DNA of 64,000 nucleotides from a virus: positions 1-64,000 of IMG/VR virus record IMGVR_UViG_3300025030_000004. One strand, given 5' to 3'. A program made the translations under genes and the position numbers. How positions within the stretch are numbered: the first letter of the stretch is position 1; every line of letters begins with the position of its first letter. Positions 18,236 to 30,605 of this stretch are shown here, one piece after another. The notes beneath the pieces are model-generated. The model had not been told where the DNA came from. It did not search any database and saw nothing but the letters and a program-made list of their open reading frames with translations.

Positions 18236-18341
18236 TTAAATAAACTATACCAGAACCCCCATAATTTATGAAACTAATTCGTATAGTCTTTTAGAAGATA
18301 CAATAGAATTCAATCGAATAAAGAGGAAAGAGCGTGAAGGT

Positions 18342-20545
18342 ATGAGATTTATAAATTTTATTCTTGGTAAAAGGGCAGAGTATAAGATTGTAAAAGATAT
18401 AGAAAAAGCGACACACTGGTTAGCGTATAGGGATGATAAAAGCATCATAAAGGATAGTGTAACATCAGGAAAGAAGTATAAATTAGAACTTTTAGAAGAT
18501 GAGTTTGGATTTGAGTATTTTATAAAAGATGACAAAAATAATTTTGGGATGCACTATATGATACATAAAGGAGATTTTATTAAGTTTTTTGATGCCTAAA
18601 ATGCCTATGAAAATAAGGTTTCATCGGAAAGGAGGTTAAGTTATTGTTTATAAATGGTGGTATTTAGAATGCCCAATATGTAATAACCTTGATCCCATAC
18701 ATGGGAAGTATATGTGTGCTTTTATGGAAACCTAAGTCAAAAGATGGTGTTTGTATTTATTGACTTGTTTCTGAGCTATTTTAACTAATTAAATACGGTA
18801 ATAGATATTGTGGAAAGGAGAAAAGTTTATGAGTGAAAATTCAGATGAAATCGCTAGATTAAATAAACAGTTAGATAAAGCTATTGAAATTTTAGGCAGT
18901 TCTTTATTAGATGTTTGCCCTAATGAATATGGTTTAAGTGATGATTCTCAATGCCCTAAACATATGGATTGTCAAACGTGTTGGGATGAGGCATTATCAA
19001 GCATAGAATAATCCAAACAATTACAGAATTTAAGTCATAAATGTTATTAAATAATAAAAAGGAGAATGATAAAAAATGAGTAAATTTATTTCAGTTTATG
19101 AGTTGAATTCAGACGAGCAAGATAATCTATGGATTAGTGATACTTGCCCTAATTGTGGTGCTAAGATAGTTCAAAAAGATTTAACCACAGACTTAGCTTG
19201 GTGGCACTGTGTCTATTGTGATAATCAATACATAGTCGAATAATACAAAGGTGAAAAATAATAAAAGGGGTGAAAGGATGATGGGTAAGGGATGTAATTT
19301 ATACGTAAAAGATCGATGTGTAGCTACTTGTTGGATATATAGAGATAAGAGATGTTGTATTAAATGTAATGAAACTGATAAATGCAAAAAGGTATGTGGT
19401 TTTGTTAGGAAGGATAGAGTGAAGATAAATGAAATGTAGAGGAAATGAGTGTACTAGCTACTCAGAAGACTATTTTTACCCAATTTGTCAAGAAACAAAT
19501 ATAAGAACAACTATAGATGTAGAATGCAAATTGTTCAAAAATATTGCAGAAATCAGAGATGAATTAATTAGGAAATGTAGATTATTCGAGGAAGTATTTG
19601 AGATTGATGTGTCTGATAATTTAGATACCGAAGTAGAAAAGATTGAGGGTGCTGATTAAATGAAAATGGGTGAAAAAGGTATTGTTCTTGAGGTTAATGA
19701 CTGGGAAGATTGTGAATGGTGGTATGAGGATGAGCCAGAAGTGTTTAAGTTTATGAGAGCAAATAAAGATATGATTGTGAAGTATTCTTTGGAGAATGGG
19801 ATGAATTTTAGAGATGGGATTAAATATTTGTTTAAGATTGGAGATTAATGATACCATAAAAATTGTGAGCTTATTCTATTATAAAGAAAGGATGATTAAA
19901 TTATGTTAGAGGATTTAGAAAACAGATATAAATCAAATGGAATTACCATCGAATCAAACTATGGATCAAGATGGAACTATAAAGATGTTAATGATGATTT
20001 TATTTGTATATGTGAAGACACAAGCGACAACTGTATTGGAATTACATTAAAGCAAGCAGAATTTATTATTAAAACTCTAAATAAAGTTATATTTAATTTT
20101 AGACAACATGGATGAATTTGAAAAATTAAAATATGATGGCGATTACAGAACCTATGGATATTTTAAAACACATAAACTCAAAAATAATCAAACTATAGGA
20201 ATATATTTTTGGAAACATGAACTCAGTAAATCTAATGAATATGTAATCTTACTAGCAATAGCAAACAAGAAAAAACATCTTAGACAATTAATATCAGGAG
20301 AAAAAGATATACTAACTGATCATGAAACTGGAAAATGTGGACTTGAAGGTTTACTATGGGGCAAGAAACAGATTGTTGAGTTTGAGAAATCTAATTTGTG
20401 TAAAGATGGAGATTTTATCAATATATATTGGACAGATAATAGACGTAGAGATGTGTACGAATACGGCTTAGGGAAATTAGGGTTTGTGATGGGATATAGG
20501 GACGGCAAGAAGTGTTTGTATAAGAAGATTGTAAAAGATGTATAA
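18342..20545 (+). other. Array of small hypothetical phage ORFs (18342-18599, 18808-19011, 19251-19439, 19429-19659, 19660-19848, 19903-20115, 20108-20545)
   Basis: Co-oriented ORFs with RBSs, several Cys-rich. Confidence 0.65.
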
Positions 20546-20560
20546 ACTAAAAATAATTAA

Positions 20561-20589
20561 TTGACAAAATGACTTTGCGAAGATACAAT
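20561..20589 (+). promoter_or_regulatory. SigA promoter of the ligase
   Basis: TTGACA-17-TACAAT preceded by AAAATAATTAA. Confidence 0.75.
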
Positions 20590-20638
20590 AGGTATTAGTA
20601 AAGTCTATATTTTTTATAAGAAAGAAGGAGATATATTA

Positions 20639-21910
20639 ATGGAAAAAGTATTGGCAATCGTAGAACAACTTCAAGGAACAAGTGGACGTAATGACAAGGA
20701 GTTTATTCTGAAGCAAAATGAATCAAATGAGCTATTTAAGAAGGTAATGCATTTCATTTATAATCCTTACATACTAACAGGAATCTCTAAAAAGAAGATC
20801 AGTAAAAAATTAAAACTTCCAAAAGAGCAATCAACATTATCAATTATTGAAGTAATGGACTATCTCCAATCACACAATTCGGGCAGAGATGAAGATGTAA
20901 TTTTAGTTCAAAATTTCATTCAATCACAGCCTGAAAATCTAAGAGACTTCTATACTAAAATCGTTACAAAGGATTTGTCAATTGGGCTTACATCTAGTAC
21001 ATTAAACAAAGTATATGGTGATTTTATTCCAGAGTTTTCCGTAATGTTAGCTGAAAAATATTTTGACCATGAAGATAAAATTAATAAAAATTTTATCATA
21101 AGCACTAAAATGGATGGCAATAGGAATATTGCACTTGTCGATGAAGATGTAAAGATGTTTACAAGACAAGGGCAAATTAATCAAGGATTTGACGATATTG
21201 AAAAAGAATTAAAGATGCTACCAAGAGGATATGCATATGATGGAGAATTTATTGCTATCAATAATGACAATTTAAATTCAGCAGATTTATACAGAATTAC
21301 CACAAGTATTGTTCGTAAAGATGGCATTAAGGAAAATGTTGTATTTCATATTTTTGATATGATTCCTATCGAAGATTTCAAAAAGGGGGTTTGTAATATT
21401 GCCTGTATTGATAGAAAATTTAATCTTAAAACAGCTTTGAATAGTTTAAATTTTAAATGGATTCAAGAAGTTCCTATTCTTTATTCTGGGAATGATAAAA
21501 CTCAAGTTACATATTGGCTAGACAAATTAACTTCCGATGGATTAGAGGGGTGCATGGTTAATATTGCAGACTATCCATATGAGTGTAAAAGAAGTAAAGG
21601 ATTGCTGAAGGTTAAAAAGATGCAAACGGTTGACCTTGAAATTGTTGGATTTGAGGAAGGTGAAGGACGTTTATCTAGAACGCTTGGCAGGATTAATGTT
21701 ATGTATAAAGGCAATCTAGTTGGTGTGGGTTCTGGATATAGTGATGCCGATAGACAATATATTTGGGGAAATAGAAATGAATTATTGGGAAGGGTTATTG
21801 AGGTATCCTATTTTGAAGAATCGACCAATAAGAAAACAAAAGAGATTAGCCTTAGATTCCCTATTTTTAAATGTATTAGAGAAGAAGGAAAGGAGATTAG
21901 CTATAATTAA
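20639..21910 (+). CDS. lig: ATP-dependent DNA ligase
   Basis: KMDGNR (motif I), YDGEF, FHIFD, EGCMV, LLKVK and SLRFP.F. Confidence 0.95.
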   Translation: MEKVLAIVEQLQGTSGRNDKEFILKQNESNELFKKVMHFIYNPYILTGISKKKISKKLKLPKEQSTLSIIEVMDYLQSHNSGRDEDVILVQNFIQSQPENLRDFYTKIVTKDLSIGLTSSTLNKVYGDFIPEFSVMLAEKYFDHEDKINKNFIISTKMDGNRNIALVDEDVKMFTRQGQINQGFDDIEKELKMLPRGYAYDGEFIAINNDNLNSADLYRITTSIVRKDGIKENVVFHIFDMIPIEDFKKGVCNIACIDRKFNLKTALNSLNFKWIQEVPILYSGNDKTQVTYWLDKLTSDGLEGCMVNIADYPYECKRSKGLLKVKKMQTVDLEIVGFEEGEGRLSRTLGRINVMYKGNLVGVGSGYSDADRQYIWGNRNELLGRVIEVSYFEESTNKKTKEISLRFPIFKCIREEGKEISYN

Positions 21911-22467
21911 TGGTAGAAGCATATATTCCAAATAATAATACATATCATAATAATGGCGAATTTATGATTGGATATACCAATAATGGGGACGAGTTTATGT
22001 TTGATTATGAAGATTATGACATGATAAAACAATATTGTTGGAGATTGAAGAAAAGTGGCTACTTGATAACAAATATAAGACATGAAGATAAAAGATATAC
22101 AGTCGAGATGCATAGATTAATAATAAATAATTTTCCGTTTAGTAAAGATTTAAAGAATTATGTATTGGATCATATAGATAGGAATAAGAGAAATAATAGA
22201 CGTAGCAATATTAGAATAACCGAGAGGCAGAAAAATAGTTTTAACTCTAATATTTCAAAATCTAATACTTCTGGGGTAATAGGAGTATGTTGGCATAAAG
22301 AGAATAGTTGTTGGACTTCACATATAAGATTTAATGGAAAAATGATTTATTTAGGAAGCTTTCATAATATAAAAGAAGCTACAATGACGAGGCTGAGAGC
22401 AGAAAAAGAGTATTTTGGAGATGATTTTGCTCCACAAAGGCATTTATTTAATCAATATAAAATATAA
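21910..22467 (+). CDS. HNH homing endonuclease with AP2-like domain
   Basis: MHRLI...DHIDRNKRNNRRSN.R; NTSG..GV.W......W...I......YLG.F....EA...R..AE. Confidence 0.9.
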   Translation: MVEAYIPNNNTYHNNGEFMIGYTNNGDEFMFDYEDYDMIKQYCWRLKKSGYLITNIRHEDKRYTVEMHRLIINNFPFSKDLKNYVLDHIDRNKRNNRRSNIRITERQKNSFNSNISKSNTSGVIGVCWHKENSCWTSHIRFNGKMIYLGSFHNIKEATMTRLRAEKEYFGDDFAPQRHLFNQYKI

Positions 22468-22489
22468 CTAAATATATATAATATTCGAT

Positions 22490-22683
22490 ATAATTGAGCG
22501 CGGAACTGAAAACCCTGATCCAGTCACAATAAAAACTGAATTCCAAACAGTGTGTTAATGATAAAACTGGGTAATGCTCAATTTAGTAAAAAATAACTTA
22601 TTGGGGATTGAGTTATAGTGTCCTTCTCAGACACTATTGGGTGGCTGAAAACTCAATACAATAGCAGGGGAAAGCTATTTATT
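22490..22683 (+). ncRNA. Candidate structured non-coding RNA
   Basis: Nested complementary stems and a twice-occurring CTGAAAAC in a non-coding gap. Confidence 0.3.
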
Positions 22684-22969
22684 AAAACATTTAGATTATC
22701 GATTTTAATGAAATTTAGAAAGGAAGTAATAAAAAATGAATTATATCAACAAAGTTATTGATCAAATTAAAAATGCGAAAACAGACAATGAGATTAAAAG
22801 TGCTATATTGTACATCTATGTGGATGCTCAGTTTGATTCTAGTATTAGAAAAGAATTTGATGAGTGTATTCGAAACCAAATATGGGAAAATCAAGTTATT
22901 GCTAATTCACAATAATCCAATCATAGACACCCTTAATATCATTTTCATTGGAAGAAAGGAGGAAAAGAA

Positions 22970-23383
22970 ATGATATTAAAAGAAGAAAAACGCAATCTAT
23001 TTGAAGTAGATGATAAATACTATTTGGCACATTGCATATCTTCTGACTGTGCTATAGGCGCAGGGATTGCGGTTGAATTTCAAAAGAAGTTCAAGTTAAG
23101 GAATAAATTGCTGCAACATTATACTGGGCATCCAACTTGTATTCAGATAGGAAGGATATTTAATCTGATTACTAAAGAAAAATATTGGCATAAACCAACG
23201 AAAGATTCTTTGAAAGAATCGGTAACTATGATGAAAGAACTAGCAATAAATGAAGAGGTAATGTTTATTGCTATGCCAAAGATAGGATGTGGTTTAGATA
23301 GATTGCAATGGGGAGAAGTTAGAGAAATGCTAAAAGAAGTGTTTGACGATACAGATATTGAGATTTTAGTTTGTCATTTGTAA
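22970..23383 (+). CDS. Macro domain protein (Poa1p/TARG1/DarG-like ADP-ribose hydrolase)
   Basis: LAHCIS.D...GAGIA..F, FNLITKEKYW.KPT and AMPKIGCGLDRL.W. Confidence 0.9.
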   Translation: MILKEEKRNLFEVDDKYYLAHCISSDCAIGAGIAVEFQKKFKLRNKLLQHYTGHPTCIQIGRIFNLITKEKYWHKPTKDSLKESVTMMKELAINEEVMFIAMPKIGCGLDRLQWGEVREMLKEVFDDTDIEILVCHL

Positions 23384-23581
23384 AAGTATGAAAGGAGGTC
23401 ATATGCAAGCTTCGGGAAGTCCTATTGATGAGAATATGAGAAATAAGATTATTGACTTGTTGTTCCTATAAATTTTAACTTTTATAGTAAATAAATAATA
23501 AATATTAAGGGAGGCTAAAACACTATAGAAGCTTTATTAGAAAAGGTATATAATAGGCCACTTTCACAAGCAACTAAGGAT

Positions 23582-24262
23582 GTGGACATTATTCACGGTA
23601 TAATTGAACTTGAATGTTGCAAACGCACAGACCCAAGATATGAAGAAATTAGAAATAGACATTACATAGAAAATAAAGGTTCACATGGTCAACAACTTCA
23701 TTTTATTGTTTGGTATAATAGTAAAATTGTAGGCATTATCTCAGGAGCGTCATCTGTTTACGCTGTAAAAACAAGAGATGAATTCTTCGGAATCACTAAG
23801 GAAAACAGGCAAAAATATTTCCTCCCATCAATTGTAAATAATTCTGTATTCAGACTTGAATATCATGAGAAGAATTTAGCAACTAAAGTTTTGGCGTTAT
23901 GGAGAAAAACTACAGCAAAATTATGGGAAGAAATATATGGAGTTAAAGTAATAGGATTTGAAACATTTGTAATAGAAACTGATTACCGTAAAGGAACCTT
24001 ATATAAAGCTGATAATTGGGTTTACGTTGGAGAAACAGCAGGTAATACAAAGAGTCATAAAGGGTTATTAAATCCATCAACTAGAGAAGAAACATGTAAG
24101 AAGTTAATTTATTGTAAGTGGATAAAAGGTAAATCTATTATACCAACTACCCCATACATATCTTCATGGAGAGGTAAAATTCCAGAAGAAAAACAAAGAG
24201 CAAAAGATTTAGCACAAATGAAGAAGGATATTCTAGGGCAAAGATTTATTAAGGAATTCTAA
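23582..24262 (+). CDS. DUF4338/DruA-like (Mom-related GNAT fold) protein
   Basis: HY.......G....F, RD.F.G, VNN..F, NLA...L, W...YG......ETFV and GT.YKA.NW..VGET.G. Confidence 0.75.
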   Translation: MDIIHGIIELECCKRTDPRYEEIRNRHYIENKGSHGQQLHFIVWYNSKIVGIISGASSVYAVKTRDEFFGITKENRQKYFLPSIVNNSVFRLEYHEKNLATKVLALWRKTTAKLWEEIYGVKVIGFETFVIETDYRKGTLYKADNWVYVGETAGNTKSHKGLLNPSTREETCKKLIYCKWIKGKSIIPTTPYISSWRGKIPEEKQRAKDLAQMKKDILGQRFIKEF

Positions 24263-24302
24263 ATACTAGTTACTACATGTAGTAGTCAAAACACATGAAT
24301 TT

Positions 24303-25376
24303 ATGGTTTTATCAAGTTATGAAAAGGAGTGTATTAAAATAAAATATCAAGCAGGAGATAGAATTAAAGTTATAAAAATTATTGATTCAGAGAACAGTAT
24401 TGATGGTATTGAACCAGATTATTTTATAAATAAAACAGGTACAATTACCGAAGTTAGAACAAACAGAGAGTACCCATATATAGTTGAATTTGATGATGAA
24501 AGGGCTGAAAATTCAGAAATGGGACTTTGGCATGAAGAAGAATTGGAATTGATCAATAGTAATGGAGAATGTTGCCCAACTTGCGGAAGAAAATTATGAA
24601 ATGTGCAATAGTTGGTTGTGAAAATGAAGTAATTATTAGAAACGAAGAAGAAAAGTATTTTCAATGTTGCATTGAACATATAAATGAAGTTAAGAAGTAT
24701 TTTGAAGAGCAATATCATAGAGAGCAACAAGAATTATACGATTGGTGATTGAGCGTCCAATGACAGGAAGAGAGAAGTTTAACTTAATATTTGCAAGTAT
24801 GACAAATGAAAGTTTAGCAGATTTATTTCTTGGAGGAAGTTGCCCTAGTGAATTTGGTCTTTTTGACAAAAAAGAAACTAGATGTCCTGATTTATTTTGC
24901 ACAAGTTGTTGGGAAAAGGCTTTAGAGATGGAATATGATAATAAGGAGGAAAATAATTAATGTTAACTTGTAGAAAATGTGAACACTATCAACCAAAAGA
25001 TTTAACTGGGATGTCATTGGTTAATAAACTTCAAAGTGTTAGCGGGTTTTGTATGGATTCTAATAATCCAGATTTTAATGAGTATGCAAGAAATTTTGGT
25101 AGAGGGATTTATAGGACTGATTCATACATAACTCCAAATTGGTGTGCTAAACGGAAGAATCCTAAAGGAACAGTGGAATATTATACTCAAACAATGTATG
25201 TTGCTGTCACAGACAAAGGATATATCAAAGGAGATAATTATCAAGGAGTAGAGTTTGTCGGTAAAGAAAATGCAAGGCAATTTACTAATCAAGAAGCATT
25301 TATTTATAGAAAATCAATTGCTGCGGATATGTTTGATTTTTATAAGTGCAATAGTTTTTGGTTTGAAGAAGTGTAA
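24303..25376 (+). other. Small hypothetical ORFs (24303-24599 SH3-like, 24742-24960, 24960-25376)
   Basis: Co-oriented ORFs; Cys motifs. Confidence 0.6.
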
Positions 25377-25612
25377 TACCACGAAAAGAACAATTTATTG
25401 GGAAAGGAGGAATTAAAATGTCCAAAAGAATTAACTTTAAAATACAACCAAAAAGATAATCGTTACTTTCTTTATTATGATGAAGATTTCCTTTATTCAA
25501 CAGAAGACCAAGAAGAAGCATTCACCAGCTTTAGTAATACAGTATCTATGATTTGTGAAGATGAGTAAATGAATTTGCATTTTTAATATATTGGAAAGAA
25601 AGGAAAGAGTAA

Positions 25613-26157
25613 ATGAAAACTACAATATTTTTACCTAAAACTATTAAAGTTGGTTATCAAACACGTACTGATACATACACAGGACAATTAGCTTACATTA
25701 TCTATTTTGACCAAAAAAATGTTCTAAGGAAAGAGCGAAGTTGGGAGAGTTGGCGAGACAAAAAATTGACCCACAAGAATTTACCAATGAACCAACTTCA
25801 GGATTCGTTCTGAATAAAAAAGTAGGAGATTACGATTCTGGATGGAGTCACAGACAGGCATACACAAGAGTTTACGATCCCAGAGGGTTCGAATTTGAGA
25901 TTACAATAGAAAATCTACTTTATATTCTTGAAAACGCCAATTCAATTAAAGGCAAAGGGTTAGAAGGTGAATTTGTTTTCGGTTGGGATGGTAAGAATTT
26001 ACTCTTAATCCCAGTGGAATCTCCTGATTACAAAGAACTCACACAATACAGCGAAATGATCTTTCAAAAAAACTATGTTAAAGCAAAAGATTTAAAATTA
26101 GGAGCAACATATAAAACCAAATCTAATGAAGAATATATTTATATGGGTAGGTTTGAT
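25613..26157 (+). pseudogene. Conserved phage hypothetical protein, frameshifted at an A-run (about 25760) and interrupted by an IS605 element
   Basis: MKTTIFLPK..VGYQ.R.DTYTG.LAYI.Y.D.K..LRKE.SW..WRDKK continues in another frame as IDPQEF.NEP..GFVLNKKVG...YDPRGFEFEI. Confidence 0.75.
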
Positions 26158-26301
26158 TTAAACTGACCGCACACTCGCGATTTCAATCGTGAGTTAGGTC
26201 GGGAACACAATACATATGTTAAATATATTATGCCCTTAAAGCCCTTTAAACACTTGCATATACCAATTACATATGTTATTATATATGTAGAGGTGATGTA
26301 A

Positions 26302-26703
26302 GTGCAAAAAGCTACTCATGGTAGAGGCTATGTCTATTCTATCCAATATCACATAGTATGGTGTGTAAAATATAGACATAAGGTTTTAAAAGGAAAAATA
26401 GAAGAAAAACTTAAAGAACTTTTATATACCATATCAACCGAAAATAATTTTTCAATTATTACTATGGAAAACGATTTAGATCATATTCATCTATTAATAG
26501 ACTGCACCCCTCAACATTATATTCCTAATATAATAAAAGCATTAAAAGGTGTTAGTGCTAGAAGGATGTTTCAATATCATCCTGAGTTAAAGAAGAAGTT
26601 ATGGGGTGGTCACTTATGGAATCCTTCATATTTCGTTGCTACAGTTAGTGAAAATACTAGAGAGCAAATTGAAAACTATATAAAGACTCAAAAAGAAAGG
26701 TAG
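26302..26703 (+). CDS. tnpA: IS200/IS605 HUH (Y1) transposase
   Basis: YHIVW..KYR..VL, DHIH, LKG.S.R, LW..SYF..TV and YI..Q. Confidence 0.95.
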   Translation: MQKATHGRGYVYSIQYHIVWCVKYRHKVLKGKIEEKLKELLYTISTENNFSIITMENDLDHIHLLIDCTPQHYIPNIIKALKGVSARRMFQYHPELKKKLWGGHLWNPSYFVATVSENTREQIENYIKTQKER

Positions 26704-27836
26704 GTGAATTTATCTATGGCAGAAATGGCATTTAAGTTTAGATTATATCCTAATGAAGAACAACAAATACAATTAGCAAAAACATTTGGTTCTTGTCGAT
26801 TTGTTTATAATAATTACTTAGCAAAAAGAATTGAATTATATAAAACAGAGCAAAAATCTATGAATTATAATGCTTGCTCTGCTGATTTAACCAATCTCAA
26901 AAAAGAAAAAGAATGGTTAAAGGAGATAGATAAATTTGCTTTACAAAATTCTTTAAAAGATTTAGATAGAACTTATCAGAATTTCTTTAGAGAAGTGAAA
27001 ATGGTAATAAAGATCAGGGATTTCCTAAGTTTAAAAGCAAACATAATCATGAATGTAGTTATCGAACTACATGGACAAATAATAATATTGAAATAAAAGA
27101 TAATCAAATAAAACTTCCAAAACTCAAATGGGTTAAGTTTGCTAAGTCAAGAGAAATACAAGGGAGAATCATAAACTGCACCATCACTAAAACCTGTTCT
27201 GGTAAGTATTTTATATCTATCTGTTGTACAGATGTAGAAATTATAAAGTTCCAAAATAATAAGAACATAGTTGGAATAGACTTAGGGCTTAAAGAATTTG
27301 CTATAACTTCAGAAGCAGAAATAATAGATAACCCAAAATACTTATCTAAACTTGAGAATAAATTAAAAAAGGAACAAAGAAAACTCTCTAAAAAGAAAAA
27401 AGGTAGCAAGAATAGAAATAAGCAAAGAATTAAACTCAATATTGTTCATGAAAAAATTACTAATCAAAGAACTGATTTTTTACAACAATTATCTACAAGA
27501 CTAATAAAAGAGAATCAAATTATTTGTCTTGAAGATTTATCTGTAAAAAATATGGTTAAGAATCATAAATTAGCAAAGGCAATTAGTGATGTATCATGGT
27601 CAGAATTTGTTAGGATGTTGCAATATAAATCTCTATGGCATGATAAAATCATTCAGAAAGTAGATAAATTTTATCCGAGTAGTCAATTGTGTAATATTTG
27701 TGGATATAAAAATGCTGAAGTAAAAGATTTATCTGTTAGAGAATGGGAATGTCCTGAATGCCATACTTATCACAATAGAGATGTAAATGCAGCTATTAAT
27801 ATCAAAAATGAAGGATTAAGATTATTAAGTGTATAA
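26704..27836 (+). pseudogene. tnpB: TnpB with a single frameshift near 26998-27001
   Basis: FKFRLYP...KTFG.CRFVYN...; after restoring one A the frame reads GFPKFK...GIDLG...EDL...C..C...C..C...RD.NAA.NI. Confidence 0.85.
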
Positions 27837-28133
27837 AATATAAATTAAATATTAGTACGGTAGGGACTATCGGATTTTAAGCCTGTGGAGATGGAGGTTG
27901 CGAAGTCAATGAAACAGGAAACTCTAATCGTGAGGTTAGAATCACGCGAATTTATTCGTGTGAGGTTCAATGGTTGACAGATATTAAGGCAAAACTTGAT
28001 TTTGTAAGTAGAAAAGAGGAAGAAAATAAACGTAAAGCAATGGAAGCAAAATTACACCAATTACTTTCTAATGAAAAGAAAATTGAGCTTGAGATTGATG
28101 AAATTATAAAGTCTTTAGAATAATTAAGATAAT

Positions 28134-28151
28134 AGGGGTGTGACAACCCCT
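28134..28151 (+). terminator. Hairpin
   Basis: AGGGG TGTGACAA CCCCT. Confidence 0.45.
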
Positions 28152-30605
28152 CGAAAGATACACTTTATGCCAAACATAGGAGGTAAATATGGACAAAGAG
28201 ACATTAGATGAACTATGGAAAATCTTATCTTCGGCAACTAATATTGATAAATTGCGTTATGATGAAGCAGTAGTGATTGGTAGTGTTTTTGGACAAATGA
28301 GGAAAGAGATTGAATATCTACAATTTATAATAAAAGGAGGAAATAAGACATGACAATTGGTGAATTATTAGACACATTATCATTTCTACCTGACAACATG
28401 TACATACAAAATATCAATCTAAAAGAGTTTGGTTCTGACAGAGGTGATTATATTGATTTCTATGTCGGCCATTATAGAACAGGAAATTCTCATAATACGG
28501 TTAAAGAGTTTAAGGAATTTTTAAGGGATAGAGTTATTGGTAAGGAGTTTCGTGGATATAAAGGTGGAGAATTCTTAATGGATGAGGATTCAGAAATTAG
28601 ATTAGGATGCTACGGGGAGAGTGGAGATCATTTAGATGGTGTTTTGGTTAATGAAAATGGTGCTAATTTAAAAGTGCAAAGAACTTTACACTACTAGAAA
28701 ATGAATATTTTAAAGTATTTTAGAAAGGAGGGTGATAATATACATCTATTTCATAAATACCTTATAGTAAAAGAAAATGATAAATGTGAACTTGAAAAGT
28801 GCATGGTCTGTGGGAAAGAAAGATGGATAGAGAAATTTATTGAAAGGAGTCCAAAAATGGCATTATGGTTGATAAAAAATTATTTTAAACTTAATAAATT
28901 TATGGATATAAAATTTCATCCTTTGGGATTTATTTTTCCAAATATGATAGCGTGGGAAGTGGGATATAAAATATCATAAGATTATTTAGATGATGAGCAA
29001 AAGATACTATCCGATGAATTTACCAATAGGCTAAGAGGATGGCATCAAATCTGACTTTCAATTGGTTTAGAAAGAGGAGGCGTTATTTTTGGATTGGTCT
29101 GAAATATCATATGTTGACTTATGTATCCAATGTAAAGATAATTGGACAGTGCAATATAAATTTCCTAGTGTAGATATTTGGTTAGATTATGACATACATA
29201 AAAGCACATTTGTAAGTTTTTTAGTATTTTGTCAATTAGGGGTTGGGTGGAGATATAGTATTTAACCAATAAATACTAGCTTTTAATTGAAGTAGAAAGG
29301 AAGTGCGTGATTAATAAAGAATTCCTGATGCTTCTGGAATTTGTGACGTAGAGGTAACTAACGATGTAGAGGGCGATTATGAATGTGTTTGTGAGGATGG
29401 AATTGAAATATATTAATTCCCTCGAAGAACTAAATTTAAAGGAAGTGAAATAGTAAAATGATTTTAAACGAAAAAGAGTTAATGAGCCTAAAGGGATTAA
29501 TATTTGCCGAATCAGATATAGATGCATCCCAAGAGTGTATGGAGTGTATTAAAAATCCAGTACAAACATGTGAGTATATTGATATATGTAATAGATATGG
29601 TTCTTTTTGGTTTCACGATGGATCAGAAGATATGGTTAGGGATTTATTTGACACTATTGAAAGCTTACAAAAGTAAATGAAAAAAGAATTTGATGCTATA
29701 AATAAGAAAGGAGAAAACTATGGTACTAAAATCATTTGAAGAAATGTGTGACGATGAAACAATTTGTGATCATTGTTATCGAACCGATTATGGAGAGCAT
29801 AAATCCTGTGTTACTCCCTCTGGATATTCCTCCTGTGAAGGAATGTGGTGTGAAGAGTCTTATGAGGCATATCTAGATGATAATAATGCATCTATAAAGT
29901 TAGTGAAATATCAAAATAATGTAAAGTTATTAAATAAGGAGGAGTTAATAAAATAAGTTCAACACTTAAATTTGAATTTGATTTTGAAGAGGTTTTTGAG
30001 GGAATTAAGTTAGGGGTAATTAAAGAAATGTCAGAAGCAACTTTCGATGATATTACCTCTAGTGCAATTAATCAGGTTAAGAATGAAATGAAAAATAAAA
30101 TATCCCTTACATATAAAGACGAATATGAAATTAGAGAAGAAATGAAAAGAGAAATTAAAGAAAAGGTATATCAAAAGTTAATTGCTGATATAAAGCACGA
30201 ATATAAAAAGAAATATGAAGACGCATTTAGCAGAGATGTTACGAATGCACTTAATATTTCAGAGGAAAAAGTTATAGACGAAATCAAATCTGAAACAGTT
30301 GATAGGTTATATAGTGATTTATATTCCGATATTCAAGACCAAGTAAAATCTAAGATTAATAATTCTGTATCTGAATTAATTAATGCAATCACAGGCAACA
30401 ATATTAAAGTCAAAAATACTAAAAATACTATTTCTAAAAAAGAATATGATGAACTTATACATAGAGATGAGATACTAACCGCATTAGAAAATGGTGGAGT
30501 TGATAATTGGGAATGGTATGGTGAATCTTTAAGTAACTATTTTGATGGTAAAAATAAGTAAAAAAATTTATCCTAATTAATTAAAAGAAAGAAGGAAAAA
30601 TAATA

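Larger units (their letters stand above)
26158..27970 (+). mobile_element. IS200/IS605-family element (Y1 TnpA + TnpB)
   Basis: Preceded by TTGAT (26153-26157); subterminal hairpins CTCGCGATTTCAATCGTGAG and CACGCGAATTTATTCGTGTG; ends TTCAA. Confidence 0.9.

Noticed and set aside
22494-22530. tRNA-Phe (GAGC...CTGAAAA anticodon-like loop)
   Set aside because: No T-arm GTTC motif or acceptor stem; kept only as an unassigned ncRNA candidate
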